Positions 25,001-34,486 of a stretch of 64,000 bases of DNA are shown here, in pieces (the first letter of the stretch is position 1; the number at the start of each line of letters is the position of its first letter). The position numbers were made by a program, and so were the translations under genes. The stretch lies in contig NIVC01001330.1 in NCBI GenBank assembly GCA_002269645.1, forward strand, positions 124,001-188,000, read 5' to 3'. The notes under the pieces are model-generated. The model had not been told where the DNA came from, did no database searches, and saw only the letters and a list, made by a program, of their open reading frames with translations. Source of the stretch: Macrostomum lignano (lineage: Eukaryota).

Positions 25001-26887
25001 GGAGGCTCCGGCAGCCAGCAGAGCGGAGGCTGCGGCAGAATTGCCAGTCTTGGCTGCAAAGTGCAGGCAACTTCCAGCCCATATATTCGCACAGGTGGGG
25101 TCACCCAGCTGCACCAGCTGCTCCCACAGAGCCTCATCACCGCACGAGCTGTTCAGAGCTGCCCACATTAACGCGGTTTGACCCGTTCTATCAGGCAGGT
25201 CGCAGCTGCCGCGGGTCGCCGCTCGCCGCAGCCCCGCCGAGTCGCCCGCATCGGCAAGCCGCTCCAGTTCCTGTCGATCCGCCTCCTGCAAAGGCGCATC
25301 GGCACCGCAGATGCCGCTCACCTGGGCTGTCAGACCGAAGATATAGCCAAATGAATCCACAACCAGCCGCATCTCCCTGCAACAGCAAAAATGAGCAGCG
25401 AATTTCTAATTTTTTTTTTCAAATCCGACAACTATGATCGCCAAAATAAAGTTTTAGCTTAGTTTAATATGATTTAGTGTAGAAATTCCTAATTAACATG
25501 GCTGCTAGCAGATGGAGTTTTCAAGAGGACTGCAGCAGCTCTGCAACAATCAGCATTGGCGAGAGCGCATCCGACTTCTCACACGCAGCTCATTTTCCAT
25601 TTCTGCAGCATGAGTTTCCTTCCATCTCACAATGTCTCAGAAAGCACTCACGAACAGCCTCCCAGTTCTCCATCTGCAGCTCAACCCACACACTCTCACT
25701 GCACACCGAGGCCCTACAGCTTCCATTCTCGACTGAGATTAACCGGCACCCCATTGGCTGTGAGGCAGCCAGCCAATCACGGCTCTCGCCCATTAAACAG
25801 TCAGACAGAGACAAGCTCAGCTGACTGGCTCTGATTGGCTGGCCTGAGACTGCAGCTGGACACAGCAGCGAACTGCTCACTCACCGCTCGATGTAGCTGG
25901 CCAGCTCTGAGTGGCCGCTGAGCCTCGCCAGGTCCGACGCCGTCCGACCCTCGCGATCCTGCAGACCGAGCAGCCGCGACCTCTTCGAGTTTCCGTGCTT
26001 CTCGCGCTCATTACATCTTTCGTTCCTGAGCAGGTGCAGCAGGTGCTTGGCGCATTTCCAGCTTCCAGTCCGCGCCGCCTTCATCAGCGGAGTGGCTCCG
26101 TTGTCGTTCTGCAGCCACTTCGCATCGAACGACAGCAGCGTCAGCAGCCGCAGGTGGTCCCGCCGGGCTGCCAGGTGCGCAGCCGTGTCGCCATTCGCGT
26201 CAGCCGCCTTGGGGTTCGCGCCCAGCTCAAATAAGTACAAGATGCACTTTTCAGACTTGACGGGAGTCACAGGAAAGTTGGCCACCCGCATGAGGACGGT
26301 CCGACGAGCTGCATCAGCGCTGGTGACCAGCTGGCGCGTTGCCAGCCGCCGCACCTGGCCGAAGTCACCTCGGATGACGTCGTGGGTGAGAGTCTGGAGA
26401 TCGGCTGGTGAGTCTCCGACGCTTGCCCGGTTGGTGGGGTCCGGCTGAGTGAGTTCCTGCAACTGCAATTGAGGCACCCAAGCTGCTCATTCAAACATGT
26501 GAGTGAGTTCCTGTAACTGCAATTGAGGCACCCAAGCTGCACATTCAAACATGTGAGTGAGTTCCTGCAACTGCAATTGAGGCACCCAAGCTGCTCATTC
26601 AAACATGTGAGTGAGTTCCTGCAACTGCAATTGAGGCACCCGAGCTGCACATTCAAACATGTGAGTGAGTTCCTGTAACTGCAATTGAGGCACCCAAACT
26701 GCACATTCAAACATGTGAGTGAGTTCCTGCAACTGCAACCAAGGCTACAAATATTCAATATGCTTCAATTTGTCAATTTAACTTAACTTACTTTTTCGTC
26801 AGGAAATTGTTTATTGCCAGATAAGAAGATTGGTAAAAAGCCTTTGTAACGTGGTAGTGGTGGTGATGATCTCCCTCCCTCTGCCAT
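3536..26887 (-). CDS. Ankyrin-repeat + Ser/Thr protein kinase (STE11/MAP3K-like), 723 aa; join(26887-26792, 26456-25885, 25376-24807, 24528-24496, 4513-4150, 4072-3536)
   Basis: All five introns are GT-AG with matching phases (0,2,2,2,0); total 2172 nt = 724 codons with no internal stop. Eight ankyrin-like repeats are followed by a full kinase domain. Confidence 0.85.
4150..4513 (-). CDS. Kinase gene exon 5 (subdomains I-V)
   Basis: IGRGGFGEV, CAAK, ESERNLCRLRHPNIV, FMELLDG; donor GTGAGC at 4149; a 77-nt intron joins FSEQ|ICRA in frame. Confidence 0.93.
4554..4929. repeat. (GCTGTAGCTGTGT[GT])n microsatellite, left half
   Basis: The same repeat resumes at 24376-24487, so one tract was split by the insertions. 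Confidence 0.92.
4945..7196 (-). mobile_element. Solo LTR B (2252 bp), Gypsy-like
   Basis: Perfect 10-bp inverted termini TGATGTAACC...GGTTACATCA; 4-bp TSD TTTG (4941-4944 / 7197-7200); minus-strand TATAAAA at 6217-6211 with upstream CCAAT; no coding capacity. Confidence 0.85.
7420..7590. repeat. 22-bp tandem repeat (CAAATACAATAGCAAGCACCCC)
   Basis: Period 22 read directly (7441, 7463, 7485...). Confidence 0.9.
7800..8670. repeat. 23-bp satellite (GACATGGTGGCTCTTTAATGTTT / GACATGGAGTCATGTATATGTTT), first blocks
   Basis: Two alternating variant units; the array continues at 12480-13870 after the inner Helitron. Confidence 0.9.
8245..8312 (-). other. tRNA-derived (Pol III A/B-box) cassette, not a functional tRNA; copies also at 8715-8781, 11896-11962 and 13925-13990
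   Basis: Minus strand TAGCCTAGATG..GGACTGCTAATG..GGGTTCGAATC gives an A-box, an anticodon-arm-like stretch and a B-box; no pairing acceptor stem is visible. Confidence 0.6.
9030..9140. repeat. Interstitial telomere-like (CCCTAA)n tract
   Basis: Degenerate CCCTAA/CCTAA/CCCTAG hexamers inside the inner Helitron. Confidence 0.85.
10050..11850. repeat. 23-24-bp satellite (TACATGACGCTTCTATGATTGTT)
   Basis: About 75 tandem copies within the inner Helitron. Confidence 0.95.
12480..13870. repeat. 23-bp satellite (GACATGGTGGCTCTTTAATGTTT family), second block
   Basis: Same units as 7800-8670. Confidence 0.92.
14466..23199. repeat. Tandem array of ~1.2-1.5-kb units, most with a Helitron-like 5' end, ~30-bp subrepeats and a short (TTAGGG)n tract
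   Basis: Landmark GTTTC(A/G)ACGCTGA recurs at ~15590, 17051, 18242, 21000 and 22211; the units at 17130-18320 and 22290-23199 give near-identical translations. Confidence 0.85.
18480..19345. repeat. CT-rich low-complexity tract
   Basis: Degenerate (TCTC/TCC)n; the Leu/Ser-rich ORFs here are compositional artefacts. Confidence 0.9.
24496..24528 (-). CDS. Kinase gene exon 4 (33-nt micro-exon, YEGENYFDENL)
   Basis: TTTCTTTCAG acceptor and GTGAGT donor; phase 2/2 bridges exon 3 (..LLRQ) to exon 5 (PEGPP..) in frame. Confidence 0.8.
24807..25376 (-). CDS. Kinase gene exon 3 (four ankyrin repeats)
   Basis: GQTALMWAA, GSCLHFAAKTGN, ESTPLMMAA, GDTALYLATQEGR; TTGCAG acceptor, GTGAGT donor. Confidence 0.9.
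25885..26456 (-). CDS. Kinase gene exon 2 (four ankyrin repeats)
   Basis: RRTVLMRVA, GDTAAHLAARRDH, GATPLMKAARTG, GRTASDLARLSGH; GTGAGT donor at 25884. Confidence 0.88.
26447..26740. repeat. 54-bp tandem repeat (~5.4 copies) spanning the intron 1 / exon 2 acceptor
   Basis: GAGTGAGTTCC recurs at 26447, 26501, 26555, 26609, 26663 and 26717. Confidence 0.93.
26792..26887 (-). CDS. Kinase gene exon 1 (MAEGGRSSPP...FPDEK)
   Basis: ATG at 26887, 96 nt open, perfect GTAAGT donor; phase 0 matches exon 2. Confidence 0.75.
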
Positions 26888-27748
26888 AACTGCAAGCTCA
26901 GTCGCAGGTGTCTTAGCTCAGCCCGAGAGTCCGGCAGGGCAGCGGCCGCCTCTGCGGCAGATTTTATTGGCCCTGGAGCAGCTGCAGCGGATTCTCAGTA
27001 CCCCGCCCGGTAGGAACACCTGGAGCACACAAAGAAACACAGGTTTTCGAGAACACAATGGCGAAGCAACAGCCGCAAAATTTGATGAAGGTTAGCAAGA
27101 ACAGAAACAGACGAACGGGAACGGAGCTGCCGAGAATCCGGGCATCAAAACCCTCAACAGGCCTAGGAGCGGGCCGCTGCATAGGGAGGGTAGAAAACGA
27201 CTCAACGTACAAGCCTCCACCCTCCACGCCAACCAAAGCCGCAAAACCAGCCCCTCCCAAGGGGTACAAAAGCTGCTTTGCTCATAAGTACGCCTCAGAG
27301 AACACCCCAAGGCTCTTCTCATCCCGTCTGCTCAGACTGTGGCTGCATTTGCTGGCTTGTGCGGCCGCCTCTGCCCAGCTTTCTGCCTCTCCCATATTGG
27401 TTCAGAAGGAACAGGAGAACTGCAGCAATATTAATGCGTGGCTACTTAAAGCAGTCAATCTGCGACTGCTGATTTTTTTGCGAAATTGGCGCAATTAAAA
27501 TGCGAAATATGAATAATAATTTTACTTTGCGGCCATCTGCCACCACGTATCTCCCAGCTTCTATCTTCCATCTCCTATCTCCATCTCCCACATCCCAGCT
27601 CCCGCATCCCAGATCCCTAATTCCATATCCCATTTCCTGGATCCCTTCTCCCAAATCTTATCTCCTACTCGTAGATCCCTTTTCCAAAATCCAGTCTCCT
27701 ACATCTCACATCCCCCATCCCAGATTCCAGTGCCCCGCCGTCCCGCAG

Positions 27749-28360
27749 GTGTCCAGCCTGACCTTCTGCGACCTCGCCGGCTCGGAGCGGCAGCGCCACG
27801 CCGGCACGGCAGGCGAGCGCACCCGAGAGGCCGGCAGCATCAACTCCAGCCTGCTGACCCTGCGCCGCTGCGTTGAGACTCTGCAGAGAAATCAGCGAAA
27901 TCCCCGAGCCTCCATGCTGGTGCCGTTCCGGGACTCGAAGCTCACCCGCCTGCTGCAGCCCTACTTCAGCGGCAGCGGGCAGGCGGCGATCATTGTCAAC
28001 ATCTCCAAGTGCCCGGCGCTGTTCGACGAGACCTTCAACGCGCTGAAGTTCAGCAGCTTGACGCGCAGCGTCATCGTGAGCGAGCCAACGCCCAAGCGCC
28101 TGCGGCTGGCTGCCGCTGCCACCGCGTCTCCTGGGTGCGGAGAGGCGTCCAAGTCTGCGCCAGCCGCGTCTCCTGGGTACGGAGTGGCGTCCAAGTCTGC
28201 GCCAGCCGCGGCGTCCGGGAGGCCCGGCGACATCAGGACTGGGAGAAGACAAGATGGGGAACAGATTGCCGATAAGGACGATGAGCTCGAGGCTTTGGAT
28301 GTGACTTACGCTGATGAAGAGGAGGCTGAGGGCGGACCTCTTGGCCCAGATGGACAAGGA
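27749..28360 (+). pseudogene. Kinesin-6 (KIF20/MKLP2-like) motor C-terminal exon; orphan fragment
   Basis: FCDLAGSER, EAGSINSSLLTLRRC, VPFRDSKLTRLLQ, IVNIS..DETFNALKFS; CAG acceptor at 27746-27748; no P-loop or switch I exon found nearby. The 3' limit is uncertain. Confidence 0.75.
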
Positions 28361-29641
28361 GGTGGGGCTGACGAGTCCTCCTTGTGTCTGTTGTTTGCTG
28401 TGCCTGTTGTGTGCCTGTCTTTGTTTAGCCACCGCGTGTCTCGACTGTGTCTGTCTGTCAGCTGTAATCCTCAAAAGAAACCCAATCCTACCCCACTCCA
28501 AATAAGATTATTCGTTAAGAGTAGGTTTCAGGTGCCGGGCAAATCAAGATAAATATTATCGGGCGCTGATTGCTAGTGATTTTTCTTAACTTTTACCCGT
28601 CTCCTTCTCACCCATCTCCCTCTCCTTTGGCTGCCTTAGGCTTAGAGCAGCCTCCCAATAAGTTCCTCAGTTCCTAAGGCCTAAGTTTGGCATAAAATCG
28701 CTCACCAAATCCTCAAAGCAACGCTAACTCAGCTCTCCCCTTCCCTACTTCCCTATTCTGCATCAAATCCCATCTCAGCATCTCTATTCCCCACCAGATC
28801 CCAGCTCAGCTTCCCCATTTATCACCAGATCCCAGCTTAGCTTCTCTATTCCCTACCAGGTCCCAACTTGATCAGTTTCCCCCATTCGTTATCGGATCTA
28901 TCATGCTGAGCATAAACAACTATTGAGTCAACCAACTGACGGAGCCTGTAGCCATGAGGCCAAGCTGTTCAAGAAATTCGAGATAAGCTGTCAGCAGGGT
29001 GGCTTTGTCCTGCAACTGGAAAACCATTTGACTTCGGTCAATCAAACGTTTTGAGACATTCATGTCAGGCAAAAAATCATAAGAGCAAGACTGTTGACTG
29101 AAGTGAGTGAAAAAAAGTGTCACCATGGGGTTGCTCATTAGTTTTTTAGTGCACACCGCCCCTCCTCAAAAGACACTCAAAGACACAGAGCTGACGAGGT
29201 GAGGGAGCCTGGCAACGATGTCCCCTATATCGAAATTTATATTTCAGATCATTTAGAAGGTAAAAGCAAAGCAAGTAAAGCAGAAAGGCGAAGCTAAGGG
29301 CTAAAAGCAATACAAGAGAGAACGAAAATAGGAAAAAAATTTCAAGCGCGCAGCGAGACAAACCCAGCTAGCCCGCAGGCATAAAAACTCTCCCGAGGGA
29401 GGGGGTGGGCGCAAGCCGGGGGGGGGGTTGGCGGTGTACACAAACGCCGGTTAGTGCTGGCCGCACAAACCAGTTCATTAGTGCACACCGCCCCCTCCCC
29501 AAAGGACACACAAAGACACAGAGCTGGCGAGCAGACGAGGTGAGGGAGCCTGGCAACGATGCCCCCAACACCAAACAAAAGCAGGCGCAAAAGGAAGAGC
29601 AAAGCAATATGAATGCGCAAAAGGCAAACGGCAAGAGGCGA

Positions 29642-30691
29642 TCAGCACCTAGAAAGCAAAGCAACCGCCAGCTTCCGAGCAGCACCGAAAGCTGCATCGC
29701 CAGACGACAAATAACAGTTCACTGCGTCGCTGCGCCAGTCGCCCACGCTCTGGATCTCCCTGACTGACAGACCGAAACGCGCCGCCCAGGTGGCTGCACC
29801 CCTTCGCAAGCTGTGCACGGAATAGCCTGCCGCGCTGATGCTCGCCTTGCTAAGCCAGCACTTGAACTGCACGTCCAACATCCGGGATGTCAGAGATACG
29901 CTGCCGGCTGAACCGCCAGAGATTGTGAACAGGCCCTGCTGCGGTAGCCTCAAACGATTGCAGCGAAGATGATCTCGCAGCGCCGCGACGGAGCAGAGCG
30001 GGTGACCGGGCGTCAGTTGCGGCAGCAGAACCCGGTGGCTGCTGCCGAACTGGTTGCTTTTCCCATAGCTGGACAGCAGAAGCAGACCGTCCTTGCACTC
30101 CGACAGAGAACTGAGATGCAGCACTGGCGGATCAGCGCGCCCAACAGGCAACAGGCTGGACTTCCTAAACATGCCCCACCAGGCGCACATGACTGCAGCC
30201 CAGCAGGCAGCTTGGGATGGGTTCGAGCAATCAACTTGACGACGCAGCCGTGTTAAAATCTCGGGGGACACAGGCAGCTTGCGGCTCGGCCCGGCTCCGA
30301 GCTCGCGCTTGGCTCCCCGCAGCACCAGGTGCAGCAACGGATGCTTGGTCAGATCTGGCGCCCCTGCCAGCCGGAAGTTGGCGGAGAGAGCGCTGATGTG
30401 CACGCGGACGCTGCCGAAGGAGCTGAGCCGGCCATCCAAGAGTCGGGCAACGTAATTCGCGAGGTCCTCCGCCCGGCAGCAGAGCGGGTCGAGTCGCCGC
30501 TCGAGACAGAAGCGTTGCCAGGAGCGTATGGCGGACGACAGCGACTTCTTGGATGATGAGGCGTAGGCCTGCCGGGGAAGCTTGGCGGCGGCGTCGTCGA
30601 GAAACCCAGGGAGGCGACCTGCAAAAGGAGAAAGGCGGCGGTGGGAGGGCTGAGCGCATGACCGGCAAACTCTTGCGGGCTGACACAACAT
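29642..30691 (-). CDS. Tyrosine recombinase of the Ngaro/DIRS element
   Basis: Catalytic R-H-R-W-Y residues in FRKSS, HSLRRGAAT, GDWRS and VNCY; SAM-like N-terminal domain (WQRFC...LANYVARL). Confidence 0.92.
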   Translation of the reverse strand: MLCQPARVCRSCAQPSHRRLSPFAGRLPGFLDDAAAKLPRQAYASSSKKSLSSAIRSWQRFCLERRLDPLCCRAEDLANYVARLLDGRLSSFGSVRVHISALSANFRLAGAPDLTKHPLLHLVLRGAKRELGAGPSRKLPVSPEILTRLRRQVDCSNPSQAACWAAVMCAWWGMFRKSSLLPVGRADPPVLHLSSLSECKDGLLLLSSYGKSNQFGSSHRVLLPQLTPGHPLCSVAALRDHLRCNRLRLPQQGLFTISGGSAGSVSLTSRMLDVQFKCWLSKASISAAGYSVHSLRRGAATWAARFGLSVREIQSVGDWRSDAVNCYLSSGDAAFGAARKLAVALLSRC

Positions 30692-31125
30692 GTTGCATAG
30701 GCTCGAAACACAAAATTCAGCAATTCTTGACGGCAGTGCAGGCGAGAAGCTGCGTCAGCAAACAGCTGGAACCGGCCAGGCACATGATGGGCGGTAACAA
30801 CCATGTTCTGCTTCAGGCAAAGCAGAGTAACAGTTTGCAGCAGCCACAGCAACCGGGGCTCCCTGAAAGACCCCTTGTTGATGATCGCGCAGGCGGCGGC
30901 GTTGTCGCAGTAGACAGCGACCCGGCGGTTGTGCAGCTGATGGCGCCAGCGCAGCAAGGCCAGCAGGACCGCAGCACAGCCTCCTTGTAGTTGATGCAGC
31001 ACTCGCTGAAGACGCCGCCAGCATCGACATCCCACTTCAGGTAGCACCAGTCAAAACCAGTCGGGTCACGCAAATGTGCCGCTCCCACCAGGCAGGCGTC
31101 CGTCTCCATGGCAACCGGTCTTATT
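30690..31125 (-). pseudogene. DIRS-type RNase H, frameshifted
   Basis: METDAC...INYKE / (frameshift ~30980) AVLLALLRW..VYCDN..HVPG..ADAASR. Confidence 0.85.
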
Positions 31126-31349
31126 AAAGTCTTAATTAAGAGTGGGGAGGGGGCGGCTCCGAGGGCGGCAGATCCATCAGCAGCAGGCTCAGCGTCTCCG
31201 CCAGGTGGTTCTGCATCACGTCGCGAATGACGCCCTCGCTGTCGTAGAATGCCAGACGAAGACATACCAAAGGAAGCTTAATATTGAAATGAAAAAGAAA
31301 TAAATTGGCAGAGCCTGTCTCACCTTCGACGCCCAGACTCTCTAAGCTG

Positions 31350-31535
31350 GCGGCCTCAACTAAACTGGGGGTAGTGCTAATCTGGGGATAATGCTAATCT
31401 GGGGGTACTGCTAATCTGGGGGGTAGAGCTAATCTGGGGGAAGTGCTAATCTGGGGTACTGCTAAGCTGGGGGAAGTGCTAATCTGGGGGGTAGTGCTAA
31501 TCTGGGGGTTTGTGCTAATCTGGGGTTAGTGCTAT
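31350..31535. repeat. ~18-20-bp tandem repeat (GTGCTAATCTGGGGG..)
   Basis: About 9 variant copies read directly. Confidence 0.85.
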
Positions 31536-31867
31536 TGCATTCGTTTTTGCACGACTCCCATAGGTTGGCTCTGCTCTAACCAGGTTAGAACTGCTCCACC
31601 GCCGAAGGTAGAATTGCAGGTATTCAGGCGGCATCAACCTTTCCGCTGGGGCCAAGCCATGTTGCTGAAGTTCTGTAAATAATTTCTCTGTTTCACGCGA
31701 ACCTTGGAAGTTACTGAATAATGCTAAATTGGCAAATCATAGGCAACACGCTCACAATACGCCTGGGTGACCGGCGGTTGGCGCTGAGGGCTGGCTGGGG
31801 TGGCGCCGGTCGCGTCTATTAAAGTCAACTCTCAAAGCAGCAACCCTAACCCTAACCTGCCGTCAGA

Positions 31868-32197
31868 ATGCAGCCTCACCAAGTGCTCCGCCTGGCAACA
31901 CTCGGCCTCCTGGCCTCCGTCTGCCTTCTGCCCGCTCCAGCCGACGCCGTCAAGTGCTACGACTGCGAAGACTGCAGCTCCGTCTCCAGCAGCACTCCGA
32001 CAGCCAACGGCAACTACTGTACCAAGGCTGAAGTGGCTGGCGTTATCAGCCGTTCGGCTGCCCCTGCCTGCCTGGCCTTCAACGGCACCTGGTGCTGCAA
32101 CACCGACCTGTGCAACTCTTCGCCGAGGCAGTTCGGTCCCAGCGGCCTCCTGCTGACCGCGGCTCTGGCCCTGCTGGCCGCTGTGTGCAAGCAGTGA
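31868..32197 (+). CDS. Ly6/uPAR (three-finger) secreted, probably GPI-anchored protein, 109 aa, intronless
   Basis: Signal peptide, VKCYDC..C start, CCNTDLCN end motif and hydrophobic C-terminal GPI signal; TATTAAA ~45 nt upstream. Confidence 0.9.
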   Translation: MQPHQVLRLATLGLLASVCLLPAPADAVKCYDCEDCSSVSSSTPTANGNYCTKAEVAGVISRSAAPACLAFNGTWCCNTDLCNSSPRQFGPSGLLLTAALALLAAVCKQ

Positions 32198-32390
32198 CGG
32201 CCGCTGTGTGCAAGCAGTGACGGCCGCTGTGTGCAAGCAGTGACGGCCGCTGTGTGCAAGCAGTGACGGCCGCTGTGTGCAAGCAGTGACGGCCGCTGTG
32301 TGCAAGCAGTGACAGCCGCTGTGTGCAAGCAGTGACGGCCGCTGTGTGCAAGCAGTGACGGCCGCTGTGTGCAAGCAGTGACGGCCGCTG
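32177..32390. repeat. 23-bp tandem repeat (CCGCTGTGTGCAAGCAGTGACGG) containing the Ly6 stop codon
   Basis: About 9 near-identical copies starting in the last codons of the CDS. Confidence 0.93.
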
Positions 32391-33684
32391 CCACCCAGCA
32401 CTGCTGCGGCAGAGTCGCCTGCGGGAGAAGACCGAAACTAAACTGAACTAGCGTTATCTTATTTAACGTAACTACGTAACAACAAATTTTCCGTTTAAAT
32501 CCAAACCACTTTCATTTTATGAAGAATTACTATGCAATAATTTCCGAATTTTCAATGGTACATGTACAGCCGATCCGTTTTGATTTATTGATACAGTTTC
32601 GCGACTCATTGTGCCAGTTTTCCAGTTTTTAAATATACTGAAATATTAATTATGCATTTCGATAATACAATGGCTCGTACAATACAAACTCTGTTATTGC
32701 CAAACGACTTGCTGAATCGTTACACTACTCTACTCTATATATACTTACCTTACCAGTATTTGCGTAGGTAAATGCATGTAATCTTATACAAAATGATATA
32801 GATCGCGAATGCGCTAATTTATTGAGTTTTTTGGTGACCTCAAGAGTGACCTAAGTACATAAATTCAGTTCATAAGCTCGAATATCTTACTTGCATAACC
32901 ACAAATAGGAAGAGCATTTGTGAATCTGAGGGTGCGCGAACCAATTGGTAATTTGAACTTTGCTTACCGGCCTATTTTATAACTTGCTTGCTTGATTAAA
33001 GGTGGAAGTCTGAACGCCAGTCCCATATACTAAATGTCCTACTTCAAGTAGATAGGTCCGTATTTTCGCAACGCGAATCTTATTTTTGCTTCAGACAAAT
33101 TTGGGTACTTTATGTTTGGAATAGCTGGAATTCAAGGCTCGAGTTTATGAATCAAATTTTGATGAACCATGTTCCCGCACACTATAGTCACAATGCAACG
33201 CAGAGATCACCGACCCTGCTGTCGTGAAATCTTTGGTTGGCACCACGCCCATTATTTAGCCCATTGTCCATCGTCTGCGCCATCGTGTCTCGACCGATCC
33301 GCGGTGTCTCCTCGTAGTCCGGGCTGTCCTCGCTGGTCGGCCGGTAGCCTCGCACCGCTGCGTCGCTAGCTGAGCGCCGGTGCTGTGCCAAAGCAGCCGC
33401 GACCTTCGTTGAAGAACCGGAAGCTGCTCCGTCGCGTCTAGAGAGATGGTCGAGCTGCTCAGCGGAAGCTCGGAGAGTGGTCTCTAAATTGTGTGATAAA
33501 TTCATATACACTGACTTGTTAACTACTTCACTGACCATTACATGTACGGAGGAAAGATTAACATGGCACTCGGCATAGTCTCACGTACTTTTGGTATTGT
33601 CTCTCAGTAGCTTTCAATTTTATTATGGCTATGGCGCTTTGCTTGCTCATGATCGACGTGATCACTGACACAAAGACCACTGTA

Positions 33685-34486
33685 CAGGGTGGCTAAATAC
33701 GTTCGCGGAAAATTGAACTTCCTTTTAAGCAAATAAAATAAGATTTGATGTGCTTAATTCAGTAGATATTGAAGTCTTTCATGTCAATTTTCAGCCCCTT
33801 TGACTAAAATGCTACAAAGCAGTGGTCGAAAAAGTGATACAACCCCAGACCCTGACTTCGATTGACAGAGGGTTACAGACAAGCCGCAATTCTTGTTCAA
33901 TTTTGACTTGGCCAATCTGCCCCTGAGTGCCTGCAGATGGTTCAAAAAGCATTGGGTAATGAAGCTCCATCCCAGACGATGGTGTACAAGCGATTTGGTC
34001 GTTTCCGTTCTGGCTGCCTGGAGCTGGACGATGATGAGCGCGAATGCCGTCCGAATTCGAATATTACGAACGCATCAGTGGCCAGCGTCCGAAGACTGCT
34101 CGATGAAAATCGACGAGTGACGGATCGCGAAATCAAAAAACATGTCGGAATCTCGAATTCAAGCGCCATTTTCATATTGCATGATCATCTGGGCATGAGG
34201 AAAGTGTCGTTGGGTGCCCCATCGTTTGAACCCGACCCAGATGCAAGCTCGTGTTGAGTTCGCTAACTTCATGCTTAACAATTTCGATGCAGGGGCTTCA
34301 AAATTGGTGGACAATATCATGACAGGAGATGAAACTTGTGTTCACTTGTTTAACCCAGAGACGAAATCCCAGAGCAGGCAGTGGATTGCCTTCGAAGAGG
34401 ATGACCCCATCACATTCCTACGCGAGAGAAGTGTCCGCAAGGTCATGACAGCAGTCTTCTTCCGACGGTGTGGCATCCTGCTTTGA
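33685..34486 (+). mobile_element. Truncated mariner/Tc1 transposon with transposase pseudogene
   Basis: TA|CAGGGTG left end; HTH region (ALGNEAPSQTMVYKRF), (W)VPHRL and MTGDET motifs; one stop, one frameshift; second and third Asp and right TIR are absent. Confidence 0.85.

Larger units (their letters stand above)
29147..31125 (-). mobile_element. 5'-truncated tyrosine-recombinase retrotransposon (Ngaro/DIRS order)
   Basis: RNase H + YR ORFs; split direct repeats at 29147-29225 and 29479-29565 downstream of YR; RT and gag are absent. Confidence 0.85.

Noticed and set aside
3536-26887. RNase L-like (ANK-kinase-KEN) identity
   Set aside because: The ORF stops ~15 residues after kinase subdomain XI; there is no KEN/RNase domain.
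27058-27498. 146-aa ORF as a kinesin N-terminal exon
   Set aside because: No kinesin motifs and no convincing splice link to 27749.
33188-33538. 116-aa GC-rich minus-strand ORF
   Set aside because: Could be an isolated exon (possible acceptor near 33485), but it has no recognisable domain, clear donor or partner exons.
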